Source: Glaucostegus cemiculus
Lineage: Eukaryota
DNA length: 64,000 nucleotides
Assembly: GCA_976551045.1 (NCBI GenBank)
Contig: CDPCPM010000033.1
Coordinates: forward strand, 14,074,001 to 14,138,000
Direction of reading: 5' to 3'
Shown: in pieces, positions 1 to 11,850 of the stretch
How positions within the stretch are numbered: the first letter of the stretch is position 1
How the letters are laid out: every line of letters begins with the position of its first letter
Made by a program: the position numbers and the translations under genes
Notes under the pieces: generated by a model
What the model saw: the letters and a program-made list of their open reading frames with translations, nothing else
Databases searched by the model: none
Told to the model about the DNA's origin: nothing

Positions 1-539
1 AGACATGGAGTATTTTTACCCATGGGAATTATGGCTCTGTGTTTAAATGCATCTCTGAACCAGCCAGCCAAACATGTAGATGACGAAAGCTTTGATCTAT
101 GGAATGATATAATGTTCTACTTTTGATAAAATGTTAACAAATATTTTCAGCATTCGAATTGTACAAAATAATTATTCTATTTAGAGATTCTAATGCCCTA
201 CTTATGTAAAACAACGTGCTCAGTTACATGATACAGAAGCAAATGGAAGCACCTATTTAAAAAACAGTGAAATGTGATTTAATTCACATGTTTAACTTTA
301 AAAAGATGCAGTGGAGTTTTCTGTTGCTGGTGATATGATAACCAAGGCATGTTTTTCAACCGACCTGATTCAGAAATAAAGCAGGTAATATATTTGTGAT
401 TATGTAGTAAACTATAAAAGCATGTCAAAGATTCTTCAGCATTTCTGGCAATAAATTAAAAATGAAACAGCTCAAAGGTGAAAAGCATTGCAGTGCTGTC
501 ACAACTTAATCCTCAGTCTGTATTAAATTACATGATCTT

Positions 540-795
540 GGCTGGGGAAATAGTTGGGGCTCAACAACTGCTTTTAATATCCCTAGGCTAGAGACAGGAA
601 AAGCAGGCAGCAAACTTTCTCTTGATTGTTATTCAATGGAATGTCTGCCATTAAGTACATTAGAAAAAAGCTTGGATGTGATACACATGACCAAATAGCC
701 TGCTGACTTCAGACATGAAGAATTTATCTCAGGTGTTCTGGAGCCTGAGACATTGTATCCCAGTAAATGTTGAGGCCTCAAGAAGAAGAGGGAAA
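540..795 (+). repeat. old interspersed repeat (unclassified), with an inverted relative at ~13200-13510
   Basis: Shares motifs with the reverse complement of 13200-13510 (aatagcctgc/aatagtctgc, atgaaga, tatcccag). Highly decayed; family not identified. Confidence 0.4.
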
Positions 796-1379
796 TGTTA
801 AAAAAAAGTGTGAAATATTGGAAAAAATGGAAACATGGATCATAATTTTATGTAAGGAAACTGTATTGTATTCTGTAAGAAAATATATTGCAGGGTCAGT
901 TTTTCCAAGAGCTGAGCTTATTTATTAAAGTGGATGCCATAAAGTCTGCCTGTATGTATGTATAGTTATAATGACAATCTATTATAATAGGCAGTCTGAA
1001 TCTATGAAGAGACACTGCTTATGAAGCTCTGTTTATTGCTTAGAATGAGACAAGGAAATGCATGTCTCAGAAAACACTATCTGGCCTGATGATTTTGTTT
1101 GAAGAGTCATTCTGTTTTTCTTCTATGCAAGGTGTGTTCTTGGCTTTGGATAATTGTTTACTAATGAAATGTAATGATAAACACATTGTTCCAATGAAAT
1201 CACAGCCATGTCAAGAAAACCTTTTGCAGATTCAAAAGCATGACAGTCTATATTTTGAAAGATTTTTAAAGGTCAATTACATATGGTAATTGTAGCAACT
1301 GCTTTTTTCCAGCTTAGTGCAAAAGGTTTTTTGTGCAAAAGTAGATTAACTATAACAGCATAAGCTTTAGGATTTAGAA

Positions 1380-2010
1380 CAGGCTAAATAAATGGAACAT
1401 TTTGTAATTAAATTTGAAGGGAGGGAGGAACTGAGAAAGACTCCAATAACTAGGGTACTGAGTAAATTGTAGCTGAAGGTTGAAGTTGCCAGGCACTGAC
1501 TGACTTCATCCTTGGGTCTTAAAATAAGTGCTTAGTGATATAGTTGATGTATATGTTTAAATTTTCCAAACTTTCCCTGGATTCAGGGAAGATTCCTTAA
1601 GAAGGAGTTGTGACTCCCATATTTAAATAAGGAGTGAAACAGAATGCAGGAAAATGTAACCAGGTTAAAAAAACACCAGAAAATGCTGGAAATACCCAGC
1701 AGGTTAGGCAGCATCTGCAGAAAGGGAAACCTTTGCCGGTCTTCAATCTGAAATGTTAACTCTGTTTCTCTTTCAAAAGACAAAGATATGGCAGATGAAG
1801 TATAATGTAGAGAAAATGTACAGTTGTCCATTTTGGCAGGAAACTGAAAAAGATACATTTCATCTAAATAGTAAATACAGAGGTCTGAGAGATCTGGGCA
1901 TCCTCGTGCATGATTTGCAAAATCCTAGTGTGCAGGTACAGCAAATAATAAGGAAAGCCAGTAGAATGTTGTCAATTATTGTAAGGGGAATTGAATACAA
2001 AGGTCCTTCA
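1380..2010 (+). mobile_element. degenerate CR1 LINE ORF2 fragment, interrupted by a Penelope-derived piece; continues at ~3190-3650
   Basis: ORF 1753..2055 contains RDLGILVH...QQIIRKASRMLSIIVRGIEYK, a CR1 post-RT motif also seen in the CR1 at 24349..25143. The upstream part resembles the DKSPGPDG..HPRVLKE..IFQ..LDSG region. Confidence 0.7.
1665..1780. mobile_element. Penelope-like element terminal fragment (short dispersed repeat)
   Basis: gaaaatgctggaaatacccagcaggttaggcagcatctg...tgaaatgttaactctgtttctct recurs at 8740, 19470, 27000, 41080, 51810 and 57340. Confidence 0.6.
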
Positions 2011-2035
2011 GTTATCAAGAATTTCAGTAATAATG

Positions 2036-3183
2036 TTGTATTGGTTTATTATTGAAGCATGTACTGAAACACAATGAAAAGCTTTTGTTTGCATGCCATC
2101 CAGACAGATCATTCCAGACATGAGTACATCGAGGTAGTAAAAAGACAAACAGAATGCAGAATATAGTGTCACCATTATAGGGAAAATCCAGTACAGATAA
2201 ACAAATAAAATGTAAGGGCCATGATGAGGTAGATTAGGAGATCAACTGTTCATCTCTAGCATATGAGAGGTCCGTTCAAGAGTCTGTTAACAGTGGGATA
2301 GAAGCTGTCCTTGAGTCTTTTAGTACATGTTCTCAAGCTTCTGTATCTTCTGCCTGATGGGAGTGGGAAGAGGAGAGAATGACCAGGGTGGAGGGGGATC
2401 TTTAATTATGTTGGCTGCTTTCTAGAGGCAGAAAGAAGTGTAGAGGGAGTCATTGGAGGAGAGGCTGGTTTGCCTGATGAACTGGGCTGCCTTCACAACT
2501 CTCTGCAATTTCTTGCAGTCTTGGGCAGAGCAATTGCAATACAAAGCTGTGATGCATCTGAATAGATGCTTTCTATGGTGCATCTGTAAAAATTGGTAAG
2601 CTTTATCAGGACTTGCTGGATTTCCTTGGCCTTCTGTGGAAGTAGAGGCACTGGAGTGCTTTCTTGGTGTGTAGCATCCACATGTCTGGACCAGTGCTAA
2701 TTGTCGGTGCTATTTTTACCTCAGAACTTGAAGCTCTCAACCATCTCCACCTCAGCACGATTGATACAGACCGGGGAGAGTAGTCTACACCGCTTCCTGA
2801 AGTCAGTGACCAGCTCCTTTGTTTTGCTGTCATTGAGGGAAAGGTTGTTGTCTTTACGCCATACCACTAGGCTCTCTGTCTCCTTCCTGTACACCGTTTC
2901 ATCATTGTCTGAGATCCAGCCCACTACAGTATACAATGGTAGGTAACTTGCAATGGGTTGAGGTTACCTGGAAGGCTGGAGTTGATGTGTACCATGACCA
3001 GCCTCTGGAAGCACTTCATGCTGATGGATGTCAGAGCCACGGGTAGTAGTCATTAATGCACGTTACCTTATTTTTCTTGGTTACTGGTATGATAAAGGTT
3101 TCTTAAAGCAGGTGGGAACCTCAGATTGGAATAGGAGAGGTTAAAGATGTCTGCAAAATTCTCCATTCAGCTGGTTCACGCAG
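2036..3183 (-). mobile_element. Rex1/Babar-type LINE, 3' portion
   Basis: Minus ORFs [46 protein letters not shown] and LTNFYRCTIES are the post-RT region typical of this clade. 3' tail aataaaccaatac on the minus strand. Confidence 0.8.
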
Positions 3184-3189
3184 ATGTAT

Positions 3190-3650
3190 ATAGTATTATT
3201 GATGGAAGGATGCTAATGCACCTCGAGTTTTTCAGCAGTATTTACAAGAATGATACGGAGTGGGTGGGTAGACTTCGAAGGAAAGGTTGGTCAGGCTAGG
3301 CTATATCTGCTGGAGTTTAGAAGGGTGAGAGGTATCTTAGTTTAAATATGAATTCCCAAGAGATGTATGTGGAGAGAATGTTTCCTGGGTGACTGTTTAA
3401 AGATAAGGGGTCATCCATTAAGATGGAATTAAGTAGAATTTTTTTCTCTTTCAGTCTTTAGACTCACTTCCTCAAAGTGTGTTCGAAGCATCTTTGAATA
3501 TTTTTTATAATGAGATTCTTGATAAACAAGGGGCTGAAAAATGACTGCAGGTAGATGGGTATGCAGAGCTGAGACTGCAGTCAGATCAGCCATGATCTTA
3601 TCGAATGGTGGAGCAGGCCTTCAGCTCTCATGACCTACTACTCCTAATTT
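3190..3650 (+). mobile_element. CR1 LINE 3' fragment
   Basis: ctggagtttagaagggtgagaggt...aagataaggggt...gatcagccatgatcttatcgaatggtggagcagg, a CR1 3' end; continuation of the 1380-2010 copy. Confidence 0.65.
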
Positions 3651-5795
3651 GTACTTTTTATAAATGTATATTTCCTTATGAGAGAGAAGAAGGTCATTCA
3701 GTTCATCAAGACTGCGCCAGTCCTCAGAGCAATCTCATTCCAGCACTTATTTCCTTAAAATCTATTCTCTATTGATAGGCATTAACTGCTCTCTAATTCT
3801 CCTTCCACCCACCACACAAGTGATGATTTACAGTAGCCAATTAATCTCCCAACCTGCATCCCTTTGGGATGTTAGGGGTGGGGGAGTGGGAGGGGGGGGA
3901 ACTGGAAAACAAAAACAAAATAAGTAAAACTAAATGGTTTAACCTACCTTTTAATCTTAATCTCCAGGCCAAGAATCCCCATTCAAATGGATGGGACCTC
4001 CAAATCTATGCTAGGGTGGGATGGGAAAGTGGGACGTGAAAGGCAGCCCTTGGATTTCAAGAGTTCAGCAATGGAGTGGTGTGACAGGTGCATCAAAGAG
4101 TGCTACCAGTATCCAAATTGACCCTTGTAATTGAAGGTTGTCATTTCCAAAATGCATTTTGTTGATATGATCATACCCTAGGGCTACTGGTCATATCCTA
4201 GGAATACTATTCCAATGTCAGAAAAATCTCATCTAATCTTTTCAGGCAAGCAGATATGCATGCTCCTGGAGATCAATATGGGGAAAGGAAGGAATCCAGA
4301 TGTGCTGTGGAACACAGAGGTCGAAGAGCTGGTGGTCTTTGATGATAGTTACAAGATGCAATCCAGATGTAAAACATATTGACTCCCATGTACCATGTAA
4401 TTGTTTTCTACTACTTGTTTGCCACCATATTGCCATTCTTCAACCGAGGTGGGAAAATACAGAGTGATCCAAGTTACTAATACTGCTCTTGACCCTGTTG
4501 CCAGGAGGCTCACAAGGGTAAATTCTCTCTGAATGCTCCTCTGGTATGGAATGTGTTGTGTTTTCATCAGACCATTGCTGTTGGTGCAATGCCTGAGTCT
4601 GGGAGAGTCTGATGCCTTGCACATGACTTTAAAATGCAGAATATTACACATTTTATCATTAATATTTTATAGCTTCATATTTCACCTAATTGATCAATAC
4701 ATGGAAGTACAACCTGATACAGAATTTTCATGTTTATCTATGAGATGCATTCTGTTGCTCCTTTTAGGCTTTACAGTGAGAGAGTTACATGTATTTCCTC
4801 TGTAAATGGAAGAAAATTCTACTCAGATGTTCATAAGTTTAAACTGAAATAATGAGTGGATAAAATTATCAAAATTAAATATTAGTGAGTGAGAGGTGAC
4901 ACAAACAATGTGCTGCATTGCAGTAATCTAGCTTGGAATCTAGCTTGAAATTTCTTGAAAGATTTTTTTTTGTAAAACCAAATAAAAGCACTTGAAACAG
5001 CAGAAAACAAACATCATAGAAAGTTATGCCTGTGCCCTGAACCAGTCGTGAGAATAGATTCATATTTAATCTGATATATATAAAAGAAATCTCTGCCTGA
5101 TACAGAGGTAACCTGAATTGTATGTCTGCATTCCAATTACTGGCTCTGTATGAAATATTGAAATATTGTTTTTATATTATTATATTAACAAGAACGTGTC
5201 GAGTTCAAACCTGTCATCGCCACAAATATACAACTAATCATATAAATTAACACCTCATTTAAATTGTTGCACATTTTATATTGGGAGTTTTTTTTATCTG
5301 ATGTTTTCTATTCATTGTTGTTGGCTCTTGAAGAGGATTAGAATGTGGAAAGATGTTTAGAGCCACAGGTGTAATGCTTTATATTGTTCTGTATTTCTCC
5401 AGTGTGTTACACACCACTGGATTGAACATATGCACAAAATGATGCTCACCTCCCATAATCTCATCCTTTATAACATCCACCTTATTACTCCAATGTTTGA
5501 CTGATCACCTCATTTCTTGACTGTTAGAAAGTTAAAGAGATCTGTGGAAATATTTGGCTTCTGAGCATTAAAATGTTTTAGAGTCACCTTCAATAGAGCC
5601 ACACACACACATGTGCCATAAACAGCAGATGGAGCCTGCTGCCTCTTCTTTGAATTTCCTTGTGCTGCAAAGTGACAGATCACCCTGTATATGCATTAGC
5701 CCATATATCTGAGGTACAATGGACTGACATGCCCTCAGACCATATGTGTCTCCAGAAACTATCACTGTTGTTATTTGATCTCTTGTGCCTGTATG

Positions 5796-5980
5796 NNNNN
5801 NNNNNNNNNNNNNNNNNNNNNNNNNNNNNNNNNNNNNNNNNNNNNNNNNNNNNNNNNNNNNNNNNNNNNNNNNNNNNNNNNNNNNNNNNNNNNNNNNNNN
5901 NNNNNNNNNNNNNNNNNNNNNNNNNNNNNNNNNNNNNNNNNNNNNNNNNNNNNNNNNNNNNNNNNNNNNNNNNNNNNNNN
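5796..5980. other. assembly gap (185 N)
   Basis: Run of N. Confidence 1.
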
Positions 5981-7011
5981 CCAACACATCATGGTGACAA
6001 GAGAATTAACATTACCAAAATTTGTATTTCTTTTCCTGTCAAATATTTTGAAATATTAAATCATATATCACAAACATTAAGTTTATTTTCATATCTTAAA
6101 TTATTTCAAGTTGTATACCAGTACCATTTTTATACGATTTCATAGTTCTGTCCCTCCACCTGTAGTTGTTGAAGTGAGTTATTTCATATTTAATAACAAG
6201 ATAAAATGATTGATTTAGAAGTTATATTTGGTTTTGCACCAAGCAGGACATGTCTCTGAGAACATGATCCTGTGGTGAGAGAAATACAGTTGGAATTGGT
6301 ATTACAATAGGGATTACATAGTTAATAGAAATAGGTGATATAGAAATAAAACTAGAATCACTGCACATTTTGCTGATTGTTTCAGAAGATATATCAGAAA
6401 GCATCCTTGCATAATGGAAATGTTAGCCTATTTCTCTCTCAATGGACGCTGTGTAATATGCAGAGTATTTCAGTCCAGGCCTGGTCTGAAGTGCAAGCGA
6501 TTAAATAGAATCCTTCTTGAGCTGATCAAGCCAGTAAAGTAAGAAGGAAAATTGTAAACTTTGTGGAACTCACATGAAGTCTCAATTTTCCTGTGCAGTT
6601 ACATAGAACAATACAGCACAGGAACAGACCCTTCTGCTCATGATGTTGTGCCAAACAAATTCTTTCTTTCTTTACGATATTTTTTATTAATTCCCAATAG
6701 AAAATACAAATACATGAAACAAAAGAAAAAAACAAAATGTTACAAAGTACATTGTATTCACACTTGAAATCACAATACCTCATATTGATAAACAGAAATG
6801 ATAACTAATTAATATTAATAAATTGGAATAATTTTATTATAAAAAAATCTAAACCCACTACTAAGACCGAAGCTTTTTGATTTTAAAAAAAGGCCCTGAA
6901 GACATAATAGTATTAGCCAATATCTGTACTTTAAGCACCAGATCAATGGTTTTGAAAGTAGTTCAAAAAAGGACCCATGATTAAACTCCATCTGCCACTT
7001 CTCTGCCCATA

Positions 7012-7523
7012 TGGTCGTCTCACTAAAGGAAGGATGTGGAAGCTGTAGAGAGAGTGCAGAGGAGGTTTACGAGGAGGCTGCCTGGGATGAGGAGCATGCC
7101 TTATGAGAGCAGGTTATGGGAACTCAGCCTTTTCTCCTTGGAGAGAAGGAGGATGAGGGGGGACTTGATTGAGGTGTATAAGATGTTGAGGGGTATGGAT
7201 AGGGTAGGTAGTCGGAAGATTTTCCCCAGGGCTGAAATGGTGGCCACAAGAGGACATAGGTTTAAGGTGCTGGGGGGAAGATATAGGGGAGATGTTAGGG
7301 GTAAGTTTTTTACTCAGAGAGTGGTGAGTGCGTGGAATGGGCTGCCGGAGATGGTGGTGGAGGTGGATATGTTAGGGTCTTTCAAGAGACTGTTGGATAG
7401 ATACATTGGAGGTAAATAAGATAGAAGGCTATGGGTAAACCTAGTAATGTGGGGACATGTTCAGCACAGCTTTGTGGGCCGAAGGGCCTGACTTATGCTG
7501 TAGGTATCTATGTTCTATGTTCT
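7012..7523 (+). mobile_element. CR1 LINE 3' fragment, well preserved
   Basis: ORF 7036..7419 EAVERVQRRFTRRLPGM...LFSLERRRMRGDLIEVYK...FFTQRVVSAWNGLP; ends in a ctatgttctatgttct tail. Confidence 0.92.
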
Positions 7524-8148
7524 TTATCTGCAACTGATCTGCAGTATATCCTGCTGTATCCTTTGGCAATCTTCTACACTATCCACCATACCACCAATCT
7601 CAGATGACTCTTTATTGAAGTTAATTCATGCAGTGTACAAAAACGTTATTCCACATCAACAAATTTCTAGGCCAATGTCTTTAAAATTATATCAATTTTT
7701 TAAATGTGCAACTCTGATGCAAAATCTGTGGTGAATTAGAAGAAAGCTGCTGACAAAGATCCAGTGTACTTTATAATGTGGATTCTCCTTTATCGATAAT
7801 AATTTCATTCTGACATCAGCTTTACAGGATCTCCTGCGTACAGCATCAATGATGTCGTGAAGCAGGGTGAGCAGCTAATCAGATGAGGAATTCTTGCATT
7901 TAGTGAACAAAATGTAAAATAGCTTTAATGTTTGCAAATATTTTAAACACTTTACAGAGAATAAAATTAGTATCAGGCATCTACATTAGATCAAGGTAGA
8001 ATCTGAAATTGCACAATTTTGTTTCAAAGCAATATTTTAAGGTTATTTTAGAAACCACAGAGCTTTGAAATAATTATTCTAAGAGAATCAATACTGCTCC
8101 ATGTGTTAGGTACTTCTGTTGGACAGAGTGGTACTCAATTGAAGTAAT

Positions 8149-8693
8149 TAGTTTATTACTATTACATGTACCAAGATACAGTGAAAAACTTTGTTTTGCC
8201 TGCCGCCCATACAGATCATTTCAAAACATAGATACATTGAGTTAGTAAAGAGGGAAGAGCAATAACAGAATGCAGAATATAGTGTTACAGTTACAGAGAA
8301 AGTGCAGTGGAGGTAGACAATAAGGTGCAAGGCCATAACGAGGTAGATTGTGAGGTCAAGAGTTCTACTTTATCGTACAAAAGGTCCATTCAAGAGGCTT
8401 ATAACAGGGGGGTAGAAGCTGTCCTTGAGCCGGGTGTTGCACGTTTTCAAGCGTTTCTATCTTCTGCCTGGTGGAAAGGGGGAGAAGAAAGAATGACTGG
8501 GCTGGAAAGGGTCTTTAATTATGTAGGCTGCTTTCCCAAAGTAGCGGCAAGTGTAGACAGAGTCTATGGAGGGGAGGTTGGTTTTCATGATGGACTGAGC
8601 TGTGTCCACAACTCTGCAATTTCTTGCAGTCTTGTGCAAAGTAGTTGCCATACCAAGCAGTGATGCATCCGGATAGGATGTTTTTTTATGGTA
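8149..8693 (-). mobile_element. Rex/Babar-type LINE 3' end
   Basis: Homologous to 2036-2580. Minus ORF RVVDTAQSIMKTNLPSIDSVYTCRYFGKAAYIIKDP..P.HSFFSPFPPGRR. Confidence 0.8.
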
Positions 8694-8734
8694 TTAAATA
8701 TTAAATTACATCCCATTCGACAAGGCATAATATT

Positions 8735-8930
8735 TTCAAGGAAAAGCTCAGCAAGTCAGACAGCATCTGTGGAAAGAGCAACAGTTAATGTTTCAGGCCT
8801 GAGACGGTTCTTCAGAACTCTGTAAGGTTAACTGTTTCTCTTTCCACAGATTCTGCCTTACCTGCTGAATTTTTCTGGCATTTTCTGCTTTTATTTCAGA
8901 TTTCAAGCATCTGCAGATATTTTATTTTTC
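8735..8930. mobile_element. palindromic Penelope-derived short element
   Basis: Inverted arms cagcaagtcagacagcatctgtggaaagag...aacagtta and taactgtttctctttccacagattctgccttacctgctg. Confidence 0.65.
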
Positions 8931-8999
8931 ATAATATTCTCAAGAGTTTTTAGCACACGAATGGCATGTAAAAAGTTGAGGTTCTTTTCAATAATTTCC

Positions 9000-9730
9000 A
9001 AACCTGCAACTGGTGGAATAGTGGGGCATCACCAACAGCAGCCTCTGCACTTCCTTGCCTAACCGCATACTTGCAGACTTCAAAAGTTTCACAGTACTTT
9101 AGCAGCAAAGACCAACTACTTACCTATATTACACCCATCCACAATTCCTGGAAATTATTTCAAATTTGATGGCATGAGATATAACTCTGGGAAAAATACT
9201 TTTTGATCCCCCGCTGCAAAAATCACCTGAATCCATTGGTAGGATGAGTGAACCATCATCGGCCTCCTCTCCTAGGCCTGAATCCCCTGCTTCGAGAATC
9301 TGATTACTTACAGTTATCTCTAATGAGTGGACCATATCGTTTGCATGTCTGGCACCAGACACTCAAAACTGGCACTTTACTTTGAGTTTCCTCATGGCAA
9401 TGGATTGCCAGGGCAGAGGAATCATTTCAAGGACATTCTCAAAGCATCCTTGAAAAATATAACATTCTAACTGACCTGTGGGATTCCTTGGCCTTTGACT
9501 GCTAGAAAGGGATATCCAGAATTGCACTAAAGATATCAAACCTTTTTGTTGTGAGCACAGAGGAACCCATTGTAAACAAAGGAGTACAGCATCTTCCTTC
9601 CTACCTACCCAGCCATGCGCCACATAAAGAACCGCCTGCCCAGTCTGTGGCAGAGTGCACAGGCCTCACGTGGGCTTCATCATTCATCCATAAGATCCAC
9701 TGTACTAGAGTGGAAGTAAGGGATTGGTGA
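9000..9730 (+). mobile_element. degenerate RTE-clade LINE 3' end
   Basis: Conceptual translation shows HIVCM.....LPGQR..FKDILKASL and a C-terminal CPVCGR..H zinc-knuckle-like remnant, characteristic of RTE/BovB-like ORF ends. Confidence 0.6.
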
Positions 9731-9834
9731 AGAAGAACATGACTTTCCGTGGTGAAAGGATTATCTGGTTATCGTTAAGGTTTATCACACCTTTTTTTAT
9801 TTTTACTTACAGTAGTAGAATATTTTCTAATATT

Positions 9835-10257
9835 GTTGAAAAACACTATGATGCTGGATGAACTCAACAGGCCAGGCAGCATCCGTGGAGAGAAGCAGGT
9901 GGTTAACGTTTTGGGTCAGGACCCTTCCTCAGGACTGAAGATAGGAAAAGGGGAAGCCCAATATATAGGAGGGGAAAAGCAGAGCAGTGATTGGTGGACA
10001 AAAGAGGAGAGTTGGGGTGGTGATAAGTAGATGCAGGTAAGAGAAAGTGATAGGCAGGTGCAGGGGAGGAGGGGAGAGCAGATCCAACAGGGGATGGGTC
10101 AAAGGTAAGGAGAGAAAGGACAAAAAAGGGGTAGAAAAAAGAGAAATAGGCTAGGAATGGGAAGAAAAGAAGCATGGTTGTGGGGGAGGGGTGTGAGTTC
10201 CTCCAGCCTCATAGTGTTTTTCATCCAGATTCCGGCATCTGCAGTCCTTTGTTTCTC
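9835..10257 (-). mobile_element. Penelope-like terminal element with inverted ends and a 14-bp target-site duplication
   Basis: Inverted repeat 9837-9866 vs 10194-10223 (28/30). tattttctaatatt occurs at both 9821-9834 and 10258-10271. Hammerhead-like motif on the minus strand. Confidence 0.75.
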
Positions 10258-10529
10258 TATTTTCTAATATTTTCTGGTGTGTTTATTGAGCTGAGGTAAA
10301 ACAACCACATTCAAACCTTTAGATAGGATGATGAAATAGCAAAGTTAATGCAGGAATGAGGCAACCTGGACAGCAATTTTTTGACTATTATATTTAAATT
10401 TGTCTGAGCAATTGCTGAATATTGCTGTTCAATTTATACTTTAATATTAGTGAGAACTCATGGTCTCATAATTTTAACTACAACAAAATCCAGCCCATTA
10501 CCTTTAACACTTACTTATCTTTAGGTTGC

Positions 10530-11100
10530 TCCTACAAGTCATGAATAGTTGAGCCCTGAGCAGTGCAGGGCACAAGTCTCACATACTTCCAATTAGAGAA
10601 TGTGCACATTTCTCTACTCTCCATCTCCAGACACTCAGCCAATTTCCTAACCAGGTCAATAATCTGCCTTTAGTTTCATGAGTCTCAGCTTTAGCTAACA
10701 GTCTTTTACAGAGAGACTTGTCAAAAGCCTTCCGGAAATCTAAATAAATAACATCCCTTGATAGTCTCCATTACTTTAGTCAGAAATTCAATAAGGTTCA
10801 TCAAGTATGACCTCCATTTTTTTTAAATCTATGCTGGCCTTCTCTTATCCTCTGACATTTTCAAGGTATTTGGTCACTTCATCATTAATCATAGACTAGA
10901 GTATTTTTCCTAACAACAGTTGTAAGAGTAGTCTGTAGTTTGTCAAAATGCATCTCTCAATTATCTTGTGTAAATTTATCTATGGTATTCCAACCTGTAG
11001 ATTCCTAAATTAAGAGACTTTTGACTGATCATAAGTATAGCCTATACAATTTCCTGGGATGGAAACCATCTGGTCCTGCATATTTATTGCTCTTGCTGTT
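10530..11100 (-). mobile_element. old CR1 LINE RT fragment
   Basis: ttgtcaaaagccttccggaaatctaaataaataacatc translates on the minus strand to DVIYLDFRKAFDK. Confidence 0.7.
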
Positions 11101-11539
11101 ACTTCTGATACTCATGACTGTTAATTTTCTTGAGTAAATTATGGTATTTTCGTGTCATGATTCAGTATTACTTTCTTTCAAAATCCTGCATGCTGTCTTC
11201 TTTCTCTATTGTAAATATTGTTGCAAAGTAATTTTTCAATACTGGCTAATTCCTACAAAACCATCACAATCAGTTTCCATATAACTTCACCATATGACTA
11301 CAGGCGAGCATATTTTTTCTCAATATCATTATAACAAATTCCAATAAATTCATTATCCAAGCTATTATGCACGTTAGCCTTCTCCCTTTACTTTTTCCCT
11401 GTTCTCAATATATTAACGTTTTAAGCATCCTAGCTCATGCAAAAAGACTAAAATTTATAGCACTGTTCACAACCTCCAAGCCCACCATTGCACCTTACAA
11501 CTTCAAAAAAAGTACCTTTAAAGCCTTGTAACAAGCTCT

Positions 11540-11850
11540 CACATGAAATGTGTTAGCAGCCAAATAACCTGCTTTGTTCATTATGTTGATAAAGGAATAA
11601 ACATTGGTTAGGAAACTGAGGACAAACTCACTCTTCAAAAGATAGCCAGGGGACCTTTTATGTCCTCTTGATTAAACAGACAGACTCCAGTTTAATGCGT
11701 CATTTGAAAAAGAGAATCTCAAGGAATGAAGCAAGGTTGGAATGAATTCCGAGAGTATTGCACTGGAATAACAGCTTGGTATTTGTGTTCAGGTTGCTGG
11801 TGTGGAACTTAATTCACAACTACCCGATTCAGAAATAAGAGTGCTACTCA
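11540..11850 (-). mobile_element. Deu-domain SINE-like (SacSINE1/AmnSINE-related) remnant
   Basis: Minus strand reads gtagcactcttatttctgaatcgggtagttgtgaattaagttccacaccag... (tRNA-like head), followed by ...cattaaactggagtctgtctg...aaaggtcccctggctatcttttgaagag, which resembles the Deu domain as I recall it. Confidence 0.55.

Noticed and set aside
5568-6145. Several long ORFs around 5.6-6.1 kb
   Set aside because: Artefacts of reading through the N gap.
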